Source: Candidatus Aceula meridiana (lineage in GTDB: Bacteria; Omnitrophota; Gorgyraeia; Zapsychrales; Aceulaceae). Taken from it: a DNA stretch of 64,000 bases. The notes beneath the pieces were generated by a model. It had not been told where the DNA came from and did not search any database. It saw only the letters and a list, made by a program, of their open reading frames with translations. The DNA lies in the NCBI GenBank assembly GCA_030765185.1, contig JAVCDE010000031.1, positions 4,650 to 68,649 on the forward strand. Reading direction: 5' to 3'. The translations under genes were made by a program, and so were the position numbers. Shown one piece after another: positions 12,189 through 22,076 of this stretch (position 1 is the stretch's first letter; every line of letters starts with the position of its first letter).

Positions 12189-15100
12189 TTTCAATTTCCT
12201 CTTCTTGAACTTGTTTTTCAACAATTCCTTTGGCCTCTTCTAAAACACGACGATAATCATGCGGATAAACTTTTACAAATTGCGAAACAGTCGTCTCCCA
12301 GTTGTCCAAAATTCCCTTAGCAACCGTGCTTTGTGTCTGCGTAAAATGTTTTTCAATGAGTTTCTTTAGCTCGGCGATATCTGCAGTATCGTCAGCATCA
12401 ACCAAATCCACCATGCCAAGATTACATTGATTCTTAAACTCTTTGTTTTTATCCCAAATGTAAGCCAAACCACCGCTCATCCCAGCTGCAAAATTGCGTC
12501 CCGTAGGTCCTAAAACAACAACGCGCCCACCTGTCATATATTCACATCCATGATCACCGATACCCTCGACAACGGCATGAACGCCGCTATTACGTACACA
12601 AAAACGCTCACCGGCAATTCCACGAATAAAAACTTCGCCTTTAATTGCTCCGTAAAGAATGACGTTGCCCACAATAATATTTTCTTCAGGAACAAACGTT
12701 GCTGCCTTCGGAGGCACGACAACAATTCTTCCACCGGAGAGGCCTTTGCCCATATAATCATTACTATCGCCTTCTAATCGGAATGTAACACCGTTAGCTA
12801 GAAAAGCACCAAAACTCTGACCAGCTGATCCTTTAAAATTAATTTTAATGGTATCTTCAGGCAAACCCGCCAACCCATAACGCTTAGCAATTTCATGACT
12901 TAGAGTTGTTCCGACGGTACGATTTGTATTCTGAATCGGTAAATCAAGCTTCACCGGCTGCTTTTTCTCTAACGCTTTTGATGCGAGTTTGATAATCTCT
13001 CTATCTAAAGCCTTCTCAAGGCCATGGGTTTGTGTATTACAATGAAAAGTTTTTACCTCTTTAGGAACTTGCGGTTTATATAAAACGTTTGTTAGATCAA
13101 TACCTTTTAATTTCCAATGACCAATGACCTCTTGTGTTTCTAATAAATCAACGCGGCCAATCATCTCGTTAAATGTTTTAATCCCAATCTCAGCCATAAT
13201 CTCGCGGCATTCTTGTGCAACAAACATAAAATAATTCACAACATGTTCTGGTTTTCCGGTGAAATTCTTTCGAAGCTCTGGATCTTGCGTGGCAATCCCT
13301 ACTGAGCAAGCGTTCAAATGGCATTTGCGAAGCATCACACATCCCATTGTTACAAGAGCAATTGTTGCAAAGCCAAACTCATCAGCGCCGAGCATTGCCA
13401 TAATCGCAACATCACGCCCAGTCCGCAGCTGGCTATCTGCCTGAACGCGGATACGCCCTCTTAAATCATTCATGACCAAGACCTGCTGTGTTTCAGCAAT
13501 TCCTAATTCTAAAGGAAGTCCGGCATTCTTAATCGATGTTTGCGGTGACGCACCGGTTCCTCCACCATAACCGCTAATCAAAAGATGATCAGCTTTTCCC
13601 TTCGAAACCCCTGCTGCGACAGTTCCGACACCGACCTCTGAAACAAGCTTAACGCTAACATCAGCACTGGGATTGGCGTTCTTTAGATCATGGATTAATT
13701 GCGCCAAGTCTTCAATAGAGTAAATATCATGATGTGGTGGCGGAGAAATTAACCCTACACCCTTAGTCGTATATCGGGTATTTGCAATTTCTTGGCTAAC
13801 TTTATGCCCAGGAAGCTGTCCTCCTTCACCGGGTTTAGCACCTTGCGCCATTTTAATTTGTAGCTGGTCAGCATTCGTTAAATATTCAATCGTAACGCCA
13901 AAGCGTCCTTGCGCAACTTGCTTAATACGGCTGCATCTAGAATCACCATTAGGCAGCGGTTTAAAACGCTCCGGATTTTCGCCACCTTCGCCGGTATTCG
14001 AAAATGCTTTTAAACGATTCATGGCGATGGCCATTGTTTCGTGTGCCTCTTTAGAAATCGAACCGTAACTCATAGCGCCTGTGGCAAAACGCTTAACAAT
14101 TTCGCTTACTGGCTCTACTTCTTTTATGGGGATCGAATTTCCTTTCTTAAATTTTAAAAGCCCACGAATCGTTGCTAAATTTGTCTCCTGACTGTTAATA
14201 AGGTCTGCAAACTTCTTGTAAAAATCGTATTTATCGTTTTTGACAGCATAATGAAGTGAAGCAATTGCATCAGGATTAAGCTGATGATGCTCTCCGCCTT
14301 TACGCCAGGCATAATGCCCGCCATCTTCTAAAAAATTATCCGGAAGATCATCCTCTGGATATGCAGCGTCATGGCGCAAAAACATTTCTTTGACAACAGT
14401 TTCAACGTCAACTCCCCCGATTCGAGATGGTGTCGCCGTAAAATATTTATCAATAAGCTCTTGACCTAAACCTACAGCCTCAAAAATCTGGGCTCCGCAA
14501 TAAGATTGCGTTGTTGAAATTCCCATTTTTGATGTAATTTTAAAAAGTCCTTTACGTGTGGACTTTAAGAAATTCTCCAAAAGAATCTCAAGCGTCAAAT
14601 CCTCAGGATAGCGTCCTTTATTAAATTCGTTCTCAATGGTTTCAAGAGCAAGGTATGGATTAATTGCATTCGCTCCGTATCCGATAAGAGTTGCAAAGTG
14701 ATGCATTTCTCGCGCTTCACCCGTTTCAAGAACGATGCTTGCCTTCGTACGCGTTCCTTGTTTCACAAGATGATGATGAAGCGCCGCACAAGCTAAAAGA
14801 GACGGACTGGATACGTGACTCTTATTCACGCCTCGGTCTGAAAGAATAATTATTGTGTGTTTGTGTTTAATCGCCTTATCTGCTTGGGCAAAAAGTTTTT
14901 CTAATTCCTTCTCGATTGACTGAGGCCCTCTATCCTTTTTTAAAAGTATTGATAGCGTAACACTGCTCAAGCCCTTCTTGTTTAGCTGACGAATCTTTTC
15001 TAAATCCTCGTTGAGTAAAATCGGTCTCTTAAGTTTTAAACGTCGAATATGCTCAGGCGTTTCTTTCAAAAGGTCTCCCTCAGCCCCTAGAAGTACATCT

Positions 15101-16731
15101 TCGGCCATAATAATTTCTTCACGAATCGCATCTACCGGAGGGTTTGTAACTTGAGCGAAAAGCTGTTTAAAGTAAGTAAATAAAAGACGTGGCTTTCGAG
15201 ATAGTACGGCCAAAGGCGTGTCCTCCCCCATAGACCCTGTTGCTTCTTTACCATCGGTAACCATGGGATAAAGAACAATTTTTAAATCTTCTAAGGTATA
15301 ACCAAAAACCTTTTGGCGCTCAAGCAATGTTTTTTCATCTAGTCCTTTTGCTTGCCAAGGCTTTGGCAATGTTTCAATATCAACAGATTGTTCTTGAATC
15401 CACTTTTGATAAGGATTCTTACTTGTGTATGATTTCTTAATTTCCTCATCATCAATAATTCGTCCTTCTTGCGTATCCACTAAAAACATCCGTCCAGGCT
15501 GTAGGCGTCCTTTCATCAACACATTTGCGGGTTCAATAGGCAAAACTCCTGCTTCCGAGGCCATAATAACCATATTGTCTTTTGTCACAAGATAACGTGA
15601 AGGACGAAGCCCATTTCTATCTAAAATAGCTCCGATATAACGTCCATCTGAAAAAGCAATCGATGCAGGTCCATCCCACGGTTCCATCAAAGCAGAATGA
15701 TATTCATAAAAAGCTTTCTTCTCTTCGCTCATACCTTCATGTCCGCTCCATGCCTCAGGAATCATCATCATAATGGCATGTGGCAGAGAGCGTCCGCACA
15801 ACATCAACATCTCTAAAACATTGTCAAATGTAGCTGAATCGCTGGCGTGAGGCGTGATGATAGGAAGAATTTTCTTTGTGTCTTTACCAAAAAGCTCGCT
15901 ATAAAATTGCATTTCCCGAGCATGCATCCAGTTGATATTGCCGCGAAGAGTATTAATCTCCCCGTTATGAACCATCATGCGATAAGGATGTGCTAAAGCC
16001 CATGTTGGAAATGTATTTGTACTATAGCGCGAATGTACCATCGCGAGACAGGAAGTCATGGCGGGGTCGTTTAAATCTTTGTAAAAAACACTAACCTGCT
16101 CCGCCATCAATTGGCCTTTATAAACAATGGTTTTTGAAGAAAGGCTGCAGATATAAAAATAATTCTTTTGAAGAATTTCGGACTCACGCATTTTAACTTC
16201 CATGCGTTTTCGGATCACATAAAGCTTGCGTTCAAAATCTTGATTGTCTCTTACTTGCTTACCCTTACCAATAAAAACTTGCTTAAACTCCGGCTCAACC
16301 GAACAAGCGATTTTTCCAATCTTGCTGCTGTCCGTTGGGACCTTTCGCCACCCTAAAAGAATTTGTCCTTCCTCTTTGATAATTTCTTCAAGCCATTCTT
16401 CGCAAATCTTCTGACTTTTTCCATCCGTCGGTAAAAAAACGATTCCAGCTCCATAAGCCCCTTCTTCAGGCAAATCGATATTAAAACTTGCACTTTCTTT
16501 ACGAAAAAATTCATCAGGAATTTGAATCAAAAGCCCTGCACCATCTCCCGTTAAAGGATCAGATCCTGTGGCGCCGCGGTGGGTGAGATTTTCTAAAATC
16601 TTAAGGCCGTCTTGAATAATTTTGTGAGACCTGTTGCCTTTGATGTTTGCGATAAACCCAATACCGCAACTATCTTTCTCAAAGGCAGGGTCATAGAGGC
16701 CCTGTTTCTTAGGATAAAGGAGATCTTTCAT
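12175..16731 (-). CDS. gltB: Glutamate synthase large subunit
   Basis: EKDSCGIGF, HSRYSTNT, EPWDGPA, QGAKPGEGG and C-terminal GXGXG repeats. Confidence 0.99.
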   Translation of the reverse strand: MKDLLYPKKQGLYDPAFEKDSCGIGFIANIKGNRSHKIIQDGLKILENLTHRGATGSDPLTGDGAGLLIQIPDEFFRKESASFNIDLPEEGAYGAGIVFLPTDGKSQKICEEWLEEIIKEEGQILLGWRKVPTDSSKIGKIACSVEPEFKQVFIGKGKQVRDNQDFERKLYVIRKRMEVKMRESEILQKNYFYICSLSSKTIVYKGQLMAEQVSVFYKDLNDPAMTSCLAMVHSRYSTNTFPTWALAHPYRMMVHNGEINTLRGNINWMHAREMQFYSELFGKDTKKILPIITPHASDSATFDNVLEMLMLCGRSLPHAIMMMIPEAWSGHEGMSEEKKAFYEYHSALMEPWDGPASIAFSDGRYIGAILDRNGLRPSRYLVTKDNMVIMASEAGVLPIEPANVLMKGRLQPGRMFLVDTQEGRIIDDEEIKKSYTSKNPYQKWIQEQSVDIETLPKPWQAKGLDEKTLLERQKVFGYTLEDLKIVLYPMVTDGKEATGSMGEDTPLAVLSRKPRLLFTYFKQLFAQVTNPPVDAIREEIIMAEDVLLGAEGDLLKETPEHIRRLKLKRPILLNEDLEKIRQLNKKGLSSVTLSILLKKDRGPQSIEKELEKLFAQADKAIKHKHTIIILSDRGVNKSHVSSPSLLACAALHHHLVKQGTRTKASIVLETGEAREMHHFATLIGYGANAINPYLALETIENEFNKGRYPEDLTLEILLENFLKSTRKGLFKITSKMGISTTQSYCGAQIFEAVGLGQELIDKYFTATPSRIGGVDVETVVKEMFLRHDAAYPEDDLPDNFLEDGGHYAWRKGGEHHQLNPDAIASLHYAVKNDKYDFYKKFADLINSQETNLATIRGLLKFKKGNSIPIKEVEPVSEIVKRFATGAMSYGSISKEAHETMAIAMNRLKAFSNTGEGGENPERFKPLPNGDSRCSRIKQVAQGRFGVTIEYLTNADQLQIKMAQGAKPGEGGQLPGHKVSQEIANTRYTTKGVGLISPPPHHDIYSIEDLAQLIHDLKNANPSADVSVKLVSEVGVGTVAAGVSKGKADHLLISGYGGGTGASPQTSIKNAGLPLELGIAETQQVLVMNDLRGRIRVQADSQLRTGRDVAIMAMLGADEFGFATIALVTMGCVMLRKCHLNACSVGIATQDPELRKNFTGKPEHVVNYFMFVAQECREIMAEIGIKTFNEMIGRVDLLETQEVIGHWKLKGIDLTNVLYKPQVPKEVKTFHCNTQTHGLEKALDREIIKLASKALEKKQPVKLDLPIQNTNRTVGTTLSHEIAKRYGLAGLPEDTIKINFKGSAGQSFGAFLANGVTFRLEGDSNDYMGKGLSGGRIVVVPPKAATFVPEENIIVGNVILYGAIKGEVFIRGIAGERFCVRNSGVHAVVEGIGDHGCEYMTGGRVVVLGPTGRNFAAGMSGGLAYIWDKNKEFKNQCNLGMVDLVDADDTADIAELKKLIEKHFTQTQSTVAKGILDNWETTVSQFVKVYPHDYRRVLEEAKGIVEKQVQEEEIENGSD

Positions 16732-16958
16732 AATTTGAATTTATTGACTTTGATCTTGAGCTTTTTGATCTTAGAATGTATCGTGTTGCGATTAATTCCT
16801 AAGGTCTTTGCAGCTAAAATTTTATTGCCGCCGGCAAGTTCTAGCGCCCTTTCGATGATAATGCGTTCAACGTCATCGATAATATAGCGATAAATTTCGC
16901 CTCGCTTAGCCTCGATAAAGTCCTGCTTGACTTTTTGTTCGATAATTTTTCTATTCAT
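16728..16958 (-). CDS. Stand-alone Fis-family helix-turn-helix protein
   Basis: VERIIIERALELAGGNKILAAKTLGINRNTI is an HTH_8 pattern; overlaps the gltB start. Confidence 0.85.
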   Translation of the reverse strand: MNRKIIEQKVKQDFIEAKRGEIYRYIIDDVERIIIERALELAGGNKILAAKTLGINRNTIHSKIKKLKIKVNKFKL

Positions 16959-17000
16959 TGTATTATTTTTTCTTCCCTTAGCAATCTTTAAATGAAAATT

Positions 17001-18692
17001 TTACTTCTCGCGATATTTATTAGTAATTGGCAGCCGTCTGTCTTTGCCAAAGGCTTTAGGGCTAATCTTAATCCCTAAAGGAGCCTGACGCCTTTTATAT
17101 TCCATATGGTCAACTAAGTCGACTGTTTTTTTAACGAGCGAACGGGCTTTCTTATCCTTTAAGAATTTCCCAATGGCCTGATCACCCTCAACATAGGCTG
17201 CTAAAATAGCATCCAAGACGTCATAGGCCGGCAAGCTATCCTGATCTTTTTGATTCTTCTTTAATTCTGCCGTAGGAGCCCTCTTGATAATGCTTTGAGG
17301 AATCACTGCCTTTTTTCCTTTTTTATTCCGAAACTCTACTAATTTGTAAACTCTAGTTTTAGGAATGTCTTTAATAACCGCGAATCCTCCTGCCATGTCT
17401 CCGTAGAGGGTACAATACCCAACCGCTGTCTCACTTTTGTTTCCTGTTGTCAGAACGAGATGCCCATGCTTATTGGAAATAGCCATTAAGATATTTCCCC
17501 GGATGCGCGCCTGTAAATTCTGTTCCGCGACATCTGAAGGCGTTTTGCCAAAAATTGTCTTTAAAATTTTTAAATACTCAGCAAAAATACTCTTAATGGA
17601 AAGTTCCATAAACTCAATGCCAAGGTTTTGAGCCAATCTCTTAGCGTCCTTTTTGGTTCCAGAAGATGTGTATGGGCTCGGCATGGAAACACCAAGAACG
17701 TTTTTAGCACCTAAGGCATCACGAGCGATGGCAGCCACAAGAGCAGAATCAATTCCGCCACTGATTCCGATAACAGCCTTTTTAAAACCATTTTTATAAA
17801 GATAATCTCGCGTCCCTAAAACAAGAGCTTGATAGATTTCCTCTTCTGTTTTTAAATGTTTGTGAACACGGCCTTTGATAAAAATTCCTGCTTTGGTCTT
17901 GAAGTTCTTTTCAACTCTGATTTTCTCAACACCTTTTCCTTTAGAAGCCTTTGGGGAAACAGCAATATCTGCCACAATTAAATCTTCTTCAAATTGTTTT
18001 CCTGTAGCAAATGTCTTTCCCTTCGGGTCAACAAAAAAGCTTCCTCCGTCGAAAATAAGCTCATCTTGTCCCCCAACCAGATTGCAATAACAAACTGTTG
18101 CTTTAAGTTTTTTAGCGCATGCGGATAAAACTTTTTCTCGTTGCTTCATTTTTCCTAGATGATAAGGTGAAGCTGATAAATTTAAAAGAATCTGCGCTCC
18201 GGCCTTAGCCTGCAGCATACACGGCCCATTATCTGACCAAATATCTTCGCAGATACTAATGCCTAAGCTTATGCCGTCACAAGAAAAAATCTTTACTTTC
18301 TCTCCTTTTTGAAAATAACGCTTTTCATCAAAGACGCCATAATTAGGAAGATTGTTTTTTCGATAAACACTCTTAAGCTTTCCATTCGCGATAACAGCTG
18401 CTGCATTGAAAAGGCTTTTTTGTGAATCGCGGTCAACAAATCCTATGACCACTGTAATATTCTTAGTATGAGGCGTTACGGTTTTTAGTGTCGCCAGATT
18501 GTCGTCAATAAAGTGCTTTTTTAAAAGAAGATCTTCCGGAGGATATCCTGTAATGCTTAATTCTGGAAAAACAACAACATCAGAGCTCATCGCGCGGGCT
18601 TTTTGAATAGCCGAAACAATCTTTTCGGCATTGCCGTTAAGATCGCCGACCGTTGTGTTAATTTGAGCTAAAGCAATGCGGATATTTTTCAT
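17001..18692 (-). CDS. nadE: Glutamine-dependent NAD+ synthetase
   Basis: Nitrilase domain (FPEL, LPNYGVFDEKRYF, ICED) plus SGGIDS, QNLQAR, TGNKSE. Confidence 0.97.
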   Translation of the reverse strand: MKNIRIALAQINTTVGDLNGNAEKIVSAIQKARAMSSDVVVFPELSITGYPPEDLLLKKHFIDDNLATLKTVTPHTKNITVVIGFVDRDSQKSLFNAAAVIANGKLKSVYRKNNLPNYGVFDEKRYFQKGEKVKIFSCDGISLGISICEDIWSDNGPCMLQAKAGAQILLNLSASPYHLGKMKQREKVLSACAKKLKATVCYCNLVGGQDELIFDGGSFFVDPKGKTFATGKQFEEDLIVADIAVSPKASKGKGVEKIRVEKNFKTKAGIFIKGRVHKHLKTEEEIYQALVLGTRDYLYKNGFKKAVIGISGGIDSALVAAIARDALGAKNVLGVSMPSPYTSSGTKKDAKRLAQNLGIEFMELSIKSIFAEYLKILKTIFGKTPSDVAEQNLQARIRGNILMAISNKHGHLVLTTGNKSETAVGYCTLYGDMAGGFAVIKDIPKTRVYKLVEFRNKKGKKAVIPQSIIKRAPTAELKKNQKDQDSLPAYDVLDAILAAYVEGDQAIGKFLKDKKARSLVKKTVDLVDHMEYKRRQAPLGIKISPKAFGKDRRLPITNKYREK

Positions 18693-18728
18693 TTTTGCTT
18701 ATTTCTTAGGCATAAATTGTTAAATTTT

Positions 18729-19436
18729 TTATTGGGACTCTTTGACAATATCTAAAAAATTGTTATAAAGGATGTCAGCTGCTGTATTAAATTTTGTCTT
18801 CATTTTATCATAATCGCCCAAGATGTCTTGCGCTTTTTGATCTTGCTCGGCATCCTCTATTTTCCAATATTCTTTAATCCAGCTTTCAATAATATCCCGC
18901 TTTACCTCTACGTGGAACTGTAGGCCATAAGCATTTTTTCCTACCCGAAATGCTTGGTGATGGCATCTTTCTGACTGGGCTAGATGTCTTGCTTGTTTCG
19001 GAATATTAAAAGCATCTTCATGCCACTGAAAGACCTTTAAATTCGGCTCCAACCCCTTAAAAAGCGGGTCACAGGTACCCTCCTCAGTTAGTGCAACATC
19101 ATAAAAACCAACTTCTTTTTCAGGCGCCTTCGTGACTTTGGCATCGCAAGCCTTGGCCAAAAGCTGAGATCCGAGACAGATCCCCATAAAAGGGATTTCA
19201 GCTTCAATAACCTTTTGAATAAAAAGATTTTCGTCGGCCAAAAAAGGATGCTTTTGTTCTTCATAAACATTCATTGGCCCGCCTAAAACAACTACAGACT
19301 CAATGTCTTCAAGTGAGGCCGGGAGACTTTCACCGGCTTCGAGATCAATTATTCTTGTCTTAAAGCCGGCGTTTTTAAAAAAGTCACCCATTGTTCCTGG
19401 GCCTTCAATGGCAATCTGCTTTAAAAAAACAATCAC
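18729..19436 (-). CDS. Type 1 glutamine amidotransferase (GuaA-like, stand-alone)
   Basis: LGGPMNVY, GICLGSQ, QWHED, QFHVE catalytic triad. Confidence 0.9.
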   Translation of the reverse strand: MIVFLKQIAIEGPGTMGDFFKNAGFKTRIIDLEAGESLPASLEDIESVVVLGGPMNVYEEQKHPFLADENLFIQKVIEAEIPFMGICLGSQLLAKACDAKVTKAPEKEVGFYDVALTEEGTCDPLFKGLEPNLKVFQWHEDAFNIPKQARHLAQSERCHHQAFRVGKNAYGLQFHVEVKRDIIESWIKEYWKIEDAEQDQKAQDILGDYDKMKTKFNTAADILYNNFLDIVKESQ

Positions 19437-19449
19437 TCTTGCTCCTTAT

Positions 19450-21555
19450 TTAAAGCATAAAAAGCATCTCAGCATAAGAAGGAAGCGGCCAAAGATCTGC
19501 CGGAACTAATCCTTCTAAAACATCGATAGGTTTACGAAGCGCTACCATCGCAGCTTTTGTTTTTAAAGGATCGCCTTTTTTAATTGCGCCTTCAAGCTTG
19601 TCGGTTAGCTCTAGAGACTCTTCAAGCTTTGCCGTAATCTCTTTTAAAAGCTTGCGAGAAGCTTTAGATTTTGTTTTGTTCACTGCTTCGACCGACTTAA
19701 TTGTATCAGCCAACTCATTTTGATATGTCACAACAGCCGGTAAAATTATGGTCTTGGCCATATCTGCAGTTAAAGATGCTTCATAATTAATAATTGTTTC
19801 ATACGTTTCAAGATAGACGTCATGACGAGAAACAAGCTCTTTCTTAGTCAAAACACTATACTTCTCAAAAAGATTAACAACCTCAGGTTTTGTGACTTCG
19901 CCTAAAGCCTCAACAGTGTTCTTAAGATTTGGAAGTCCTCTCTTTTGGGCTTCCTTAACCCAAGCCTCTGTATAGTTGTCGCCATTATAAATGACTCTCT
20001 TATGCTTCTTGATAATATCCTGAAGAAGTTTTTGAACAGCTTTATTAAAAGCATCTTTTGATTTTCCTGCCTTTTCAAGTGTTGTGCAAACTTCATCTAA
20101 GCTTTCAGCCACAATTGTATTTAAAACAATATTTGCTCCCGCTAAACTCGCGTTAGAACCAACAGCGCGAAATTCAAACTTAGCGCCTGTAAAAGCAAAA
20201 GGAGAAGTTCTGTTTCTATCTGTAGCATCTCTTGGTAGTTTTGGCAAAGAGTCAACGCCGATTTCTAGAACGCCACCTTTTTTAGATGTCTTTGCTCCAC
20301 CTTTTTCAATCTGCTCGATAATGTCCGTCAGCTGTTCACCTAAAAAGATAGAAATAATCGCCGGCGGTGCTTCATGAGAACCTAATCGATGATCGTTTCC
20401 TGCTGAAGCAATCGAAGCCCGCAACATACCGGCATGCGTATCCACGGCTTTGATAATTGCAGCCAAAACAACCAAAAACTTGGCATTATCATGGGGGTTA
20501 TCTCCCGGAGCAAGCCAGTTTTTACCATCTGGTCCTACAACAGACCAGTTGTTATGCTTACCCGAACCATTAACACCTGCAAAAGGTTTTTCATGGAGAA
20601 GGCATGTGAGTCCGTGCTTTTCAGCGACTTTTTGCATAACCTCCATGCAAAGCATATTATGATCTACGGCCAAATTAAGGCTTTCAAAAACAGGAGCTAG
20701 CTCAAATTGAGCCGGAGCAACTTCGTTATGCTGAGTTTTAGCAGGAATGCCTAAGCGCCACATCTCTTTGTTAAGGTCTTCCATAAACCCAATAACGCGG
20801 TTTTTGATGGCTCCGAAATAATGGTCGGCCATCTGTTGATGCTTTGCAGGCTCTTTTCCAAAAAGCGTTCGGCCTGTTTGAATAAGGTCGATTCTTTGAA
20901 GATAAAGATCCCTGTCAATCAAGAAATATTCTTGCTCACCGCCTAATGTTGCATAGGCTTGTTTTCCTTTCGAGCTAATGCCGAAAATTTCTGCCAAACG
21001 GCAAACTTGTTTTGACAAAGCTTTCATGGAGCGCAAAAGAGGTGTTTTCTTGTCCAACGCATCCCCATGCCATCCAATAAAATAAGTTGGAATGCAAAGT
21101 GTCGCTCCATTTGGGCCTTCTTTAATAAAGGCGGGACTAGTCGGATCCCATCCCGTGTAACCACGAGCTTCAAATGTAGGACGTAAGCCACCCGACGGAA
21201 AACTTGATGCGTCAGGTTCACCTTGAGTTAATTCTTTTCCGGAAAACTTAATAACCACGCCACCTTCATCATCCGGAGAAATGAACGCATCGTGTTTTTC
21301 AGCGGTCAACCCAGTCAAAGGTTGAAACCAGTGTGTGAAGTGAGTGGCTCCCTTGGAAACAGCCCAAGTTTTCATCGCATCAGCGACTTCGTCAGCGATG
21401 TTCGGGTCTAACAGGCCCCCCATTGTAATTGTTTTGCTTAAAGATTTATAAGCTTTTTCCGATAAGTAATTACGCATAACCTTTAAGCTAAACACGTTTT
21501 CCCCATAGAAGTCCCCAATCGTTTCTATGGCTTGACTTTTTGATGTTTTTTTCAC
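19450..21555 (-). CDS. glnA: Glutamine synthetase type III
   Basis: 701 aa; HFTHWFQPLTG, AEKHD, GEPDASSFP, GVNGSGKHNNWS, DRNRTSPFAFTG; GTG start after GGAGG. Confidence 0.97.
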   Translation of the reverse strand: MKKTSKSQAIETIGDFYGENVFSLKVMRNYLSEKAYKSLSKTITMGGLLDPNIADEVADAMKTWAVSKGATHFTHWFQPLTGLTAEKHDAFISPDDEGGVVIKFSGKELTQGEPDASSFPSGGLRPTFEARGYTGWDPTSPAFIKEGPNGATLCIPTYFIGWHGDALDKKTPLLRSMKALSKQVCRLAEIFGISSKGKQAYATLGGEQEYFLIDRDLYLQRIDLIQTGRTLFGKEPAKHQQMADHYFGAIKNRVIGFMEDLNKEMWRLGIPAKTQHNEVAPAQFELAPVFESLNLAVDHNMLCMEVMQKVAEKHGLTCLLHEKPFAGVNGSGKHNNWSVVGPDGKNWLAPGDNPHDNAKFLVVLAAIIKAVDTHAGMLRASIASAGNDHRLGSHEAPPAIISIFLGEQLTDIIEQIEKGGAKTSKKGGVLEIGVDSLPKLPRDATDRNRTSPFAFTGAKFEFRAVGSNASLAGANIVLNTIVAESLDEVCTTLEKAGKSKDAFNKAVQKLLQDIIKKHKRVIYNGDNYTEAWVKEAQKRGLPNLKNTVEALGEVTKPEVVNLFEKYSVLTKKELVSRHDVYLETYETIINYEASLTADMAKTIILPAVVTYQNELADTIKSVEAVNKTKSKASRKLLKEITAKLEESLELTDKLEGAIKKGDPLKTKAAMVALRKPIDVLEGLVPADLWPLPSYAEMLFML

Positions 21556-21571
21556 GAACTCCTCCTTTTTT

Positions 21572-21599
21572 CCGCCGAGGGCGGATCCGCCCTCGGTGG
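21572..21599. repeat. 28-bp GC-rich palindrome (REP-like) just upstream of the glnA Shine-Dalgarno sequence
   Basis: CCGCCGAGGGCGGATCCGCCCTCGGTGG, one mismatch. Confidence 0.75.
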
Positions 21600-21628
21600 C
21601 ACATTAATTAAACATCTTGCCTTTTTCT

Positions 21629-21970
21629 CTACCCTATAGCCTCGATTCCTTCTTCTTCAGTCCGAATGCGGATGCAGCGCGGCAAATCTAAAACAAAAAT
21701 CTTTCCATCCCCGATATTTCCTGATTTGGCGCCCTTGATAATCGCTTTAATCGTCGGCTCAACAAAATCTTTGTTGACTCCAATCTCAAGACGAACCTTT
21801 TTCAAAAGGTTTACCTCGTGGACAACACCTCGATACGTCTCGCTATAGCCTCTTTGCTGGCCACATCCTAAGACATTTGTGACTGTCATTTTGTGAACAC
21901 CTGCCTCAAAGAGTGCTTTCTTAACATCCGGAAGCTTGTGAGGCTGAATCATTGCTATAATCAGTTTCAT
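21629..21970 (-). CDS. glnK: PII nitrogen regulatory protein
   Basis: [18 protein letters not shown]-loop, GDGKIFV, IRIRT; downstream of amtB. Confidence 0.95.
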   Translation of the reverse strand: MKLIIAMIQPHKLPDVKKALFEAGVHKMTVTNVLGCGQQRGYSETYRGVVHEVNLLKKVRLEIGVNKDFVEPTIKAIIKGAKSGNIGDGKIFVLDLPRCIRIRTEEEGIEAIG

Positions 21971-21984
21971 ATTCTCTCTCCTTT

Positions 21985-22064
21985 AAATGAGCGTATAATT
22001 TACGTGACCGCAAGAAGCGTAAATTATTTACGCGAATTTATCCCGCACATAAAATGTGTCGGGA
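21985..22064 (-). repeat. 80-nt double-hairpin intercistronic element, copy 1
   Basis: Aligns with 24102-24181 and 60424-60503. Confidence 0.85.
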
Positions 22065-22076
22065 CGGTCTATGTTC

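Noticed and set aside
21596-21612. TGGCAC as a sigma54 -24 box (also seen at about 47683-47688)
   Set aside because: No TTGC -12 element at the correct spacing, and the first is on the wrong strand for glnA.
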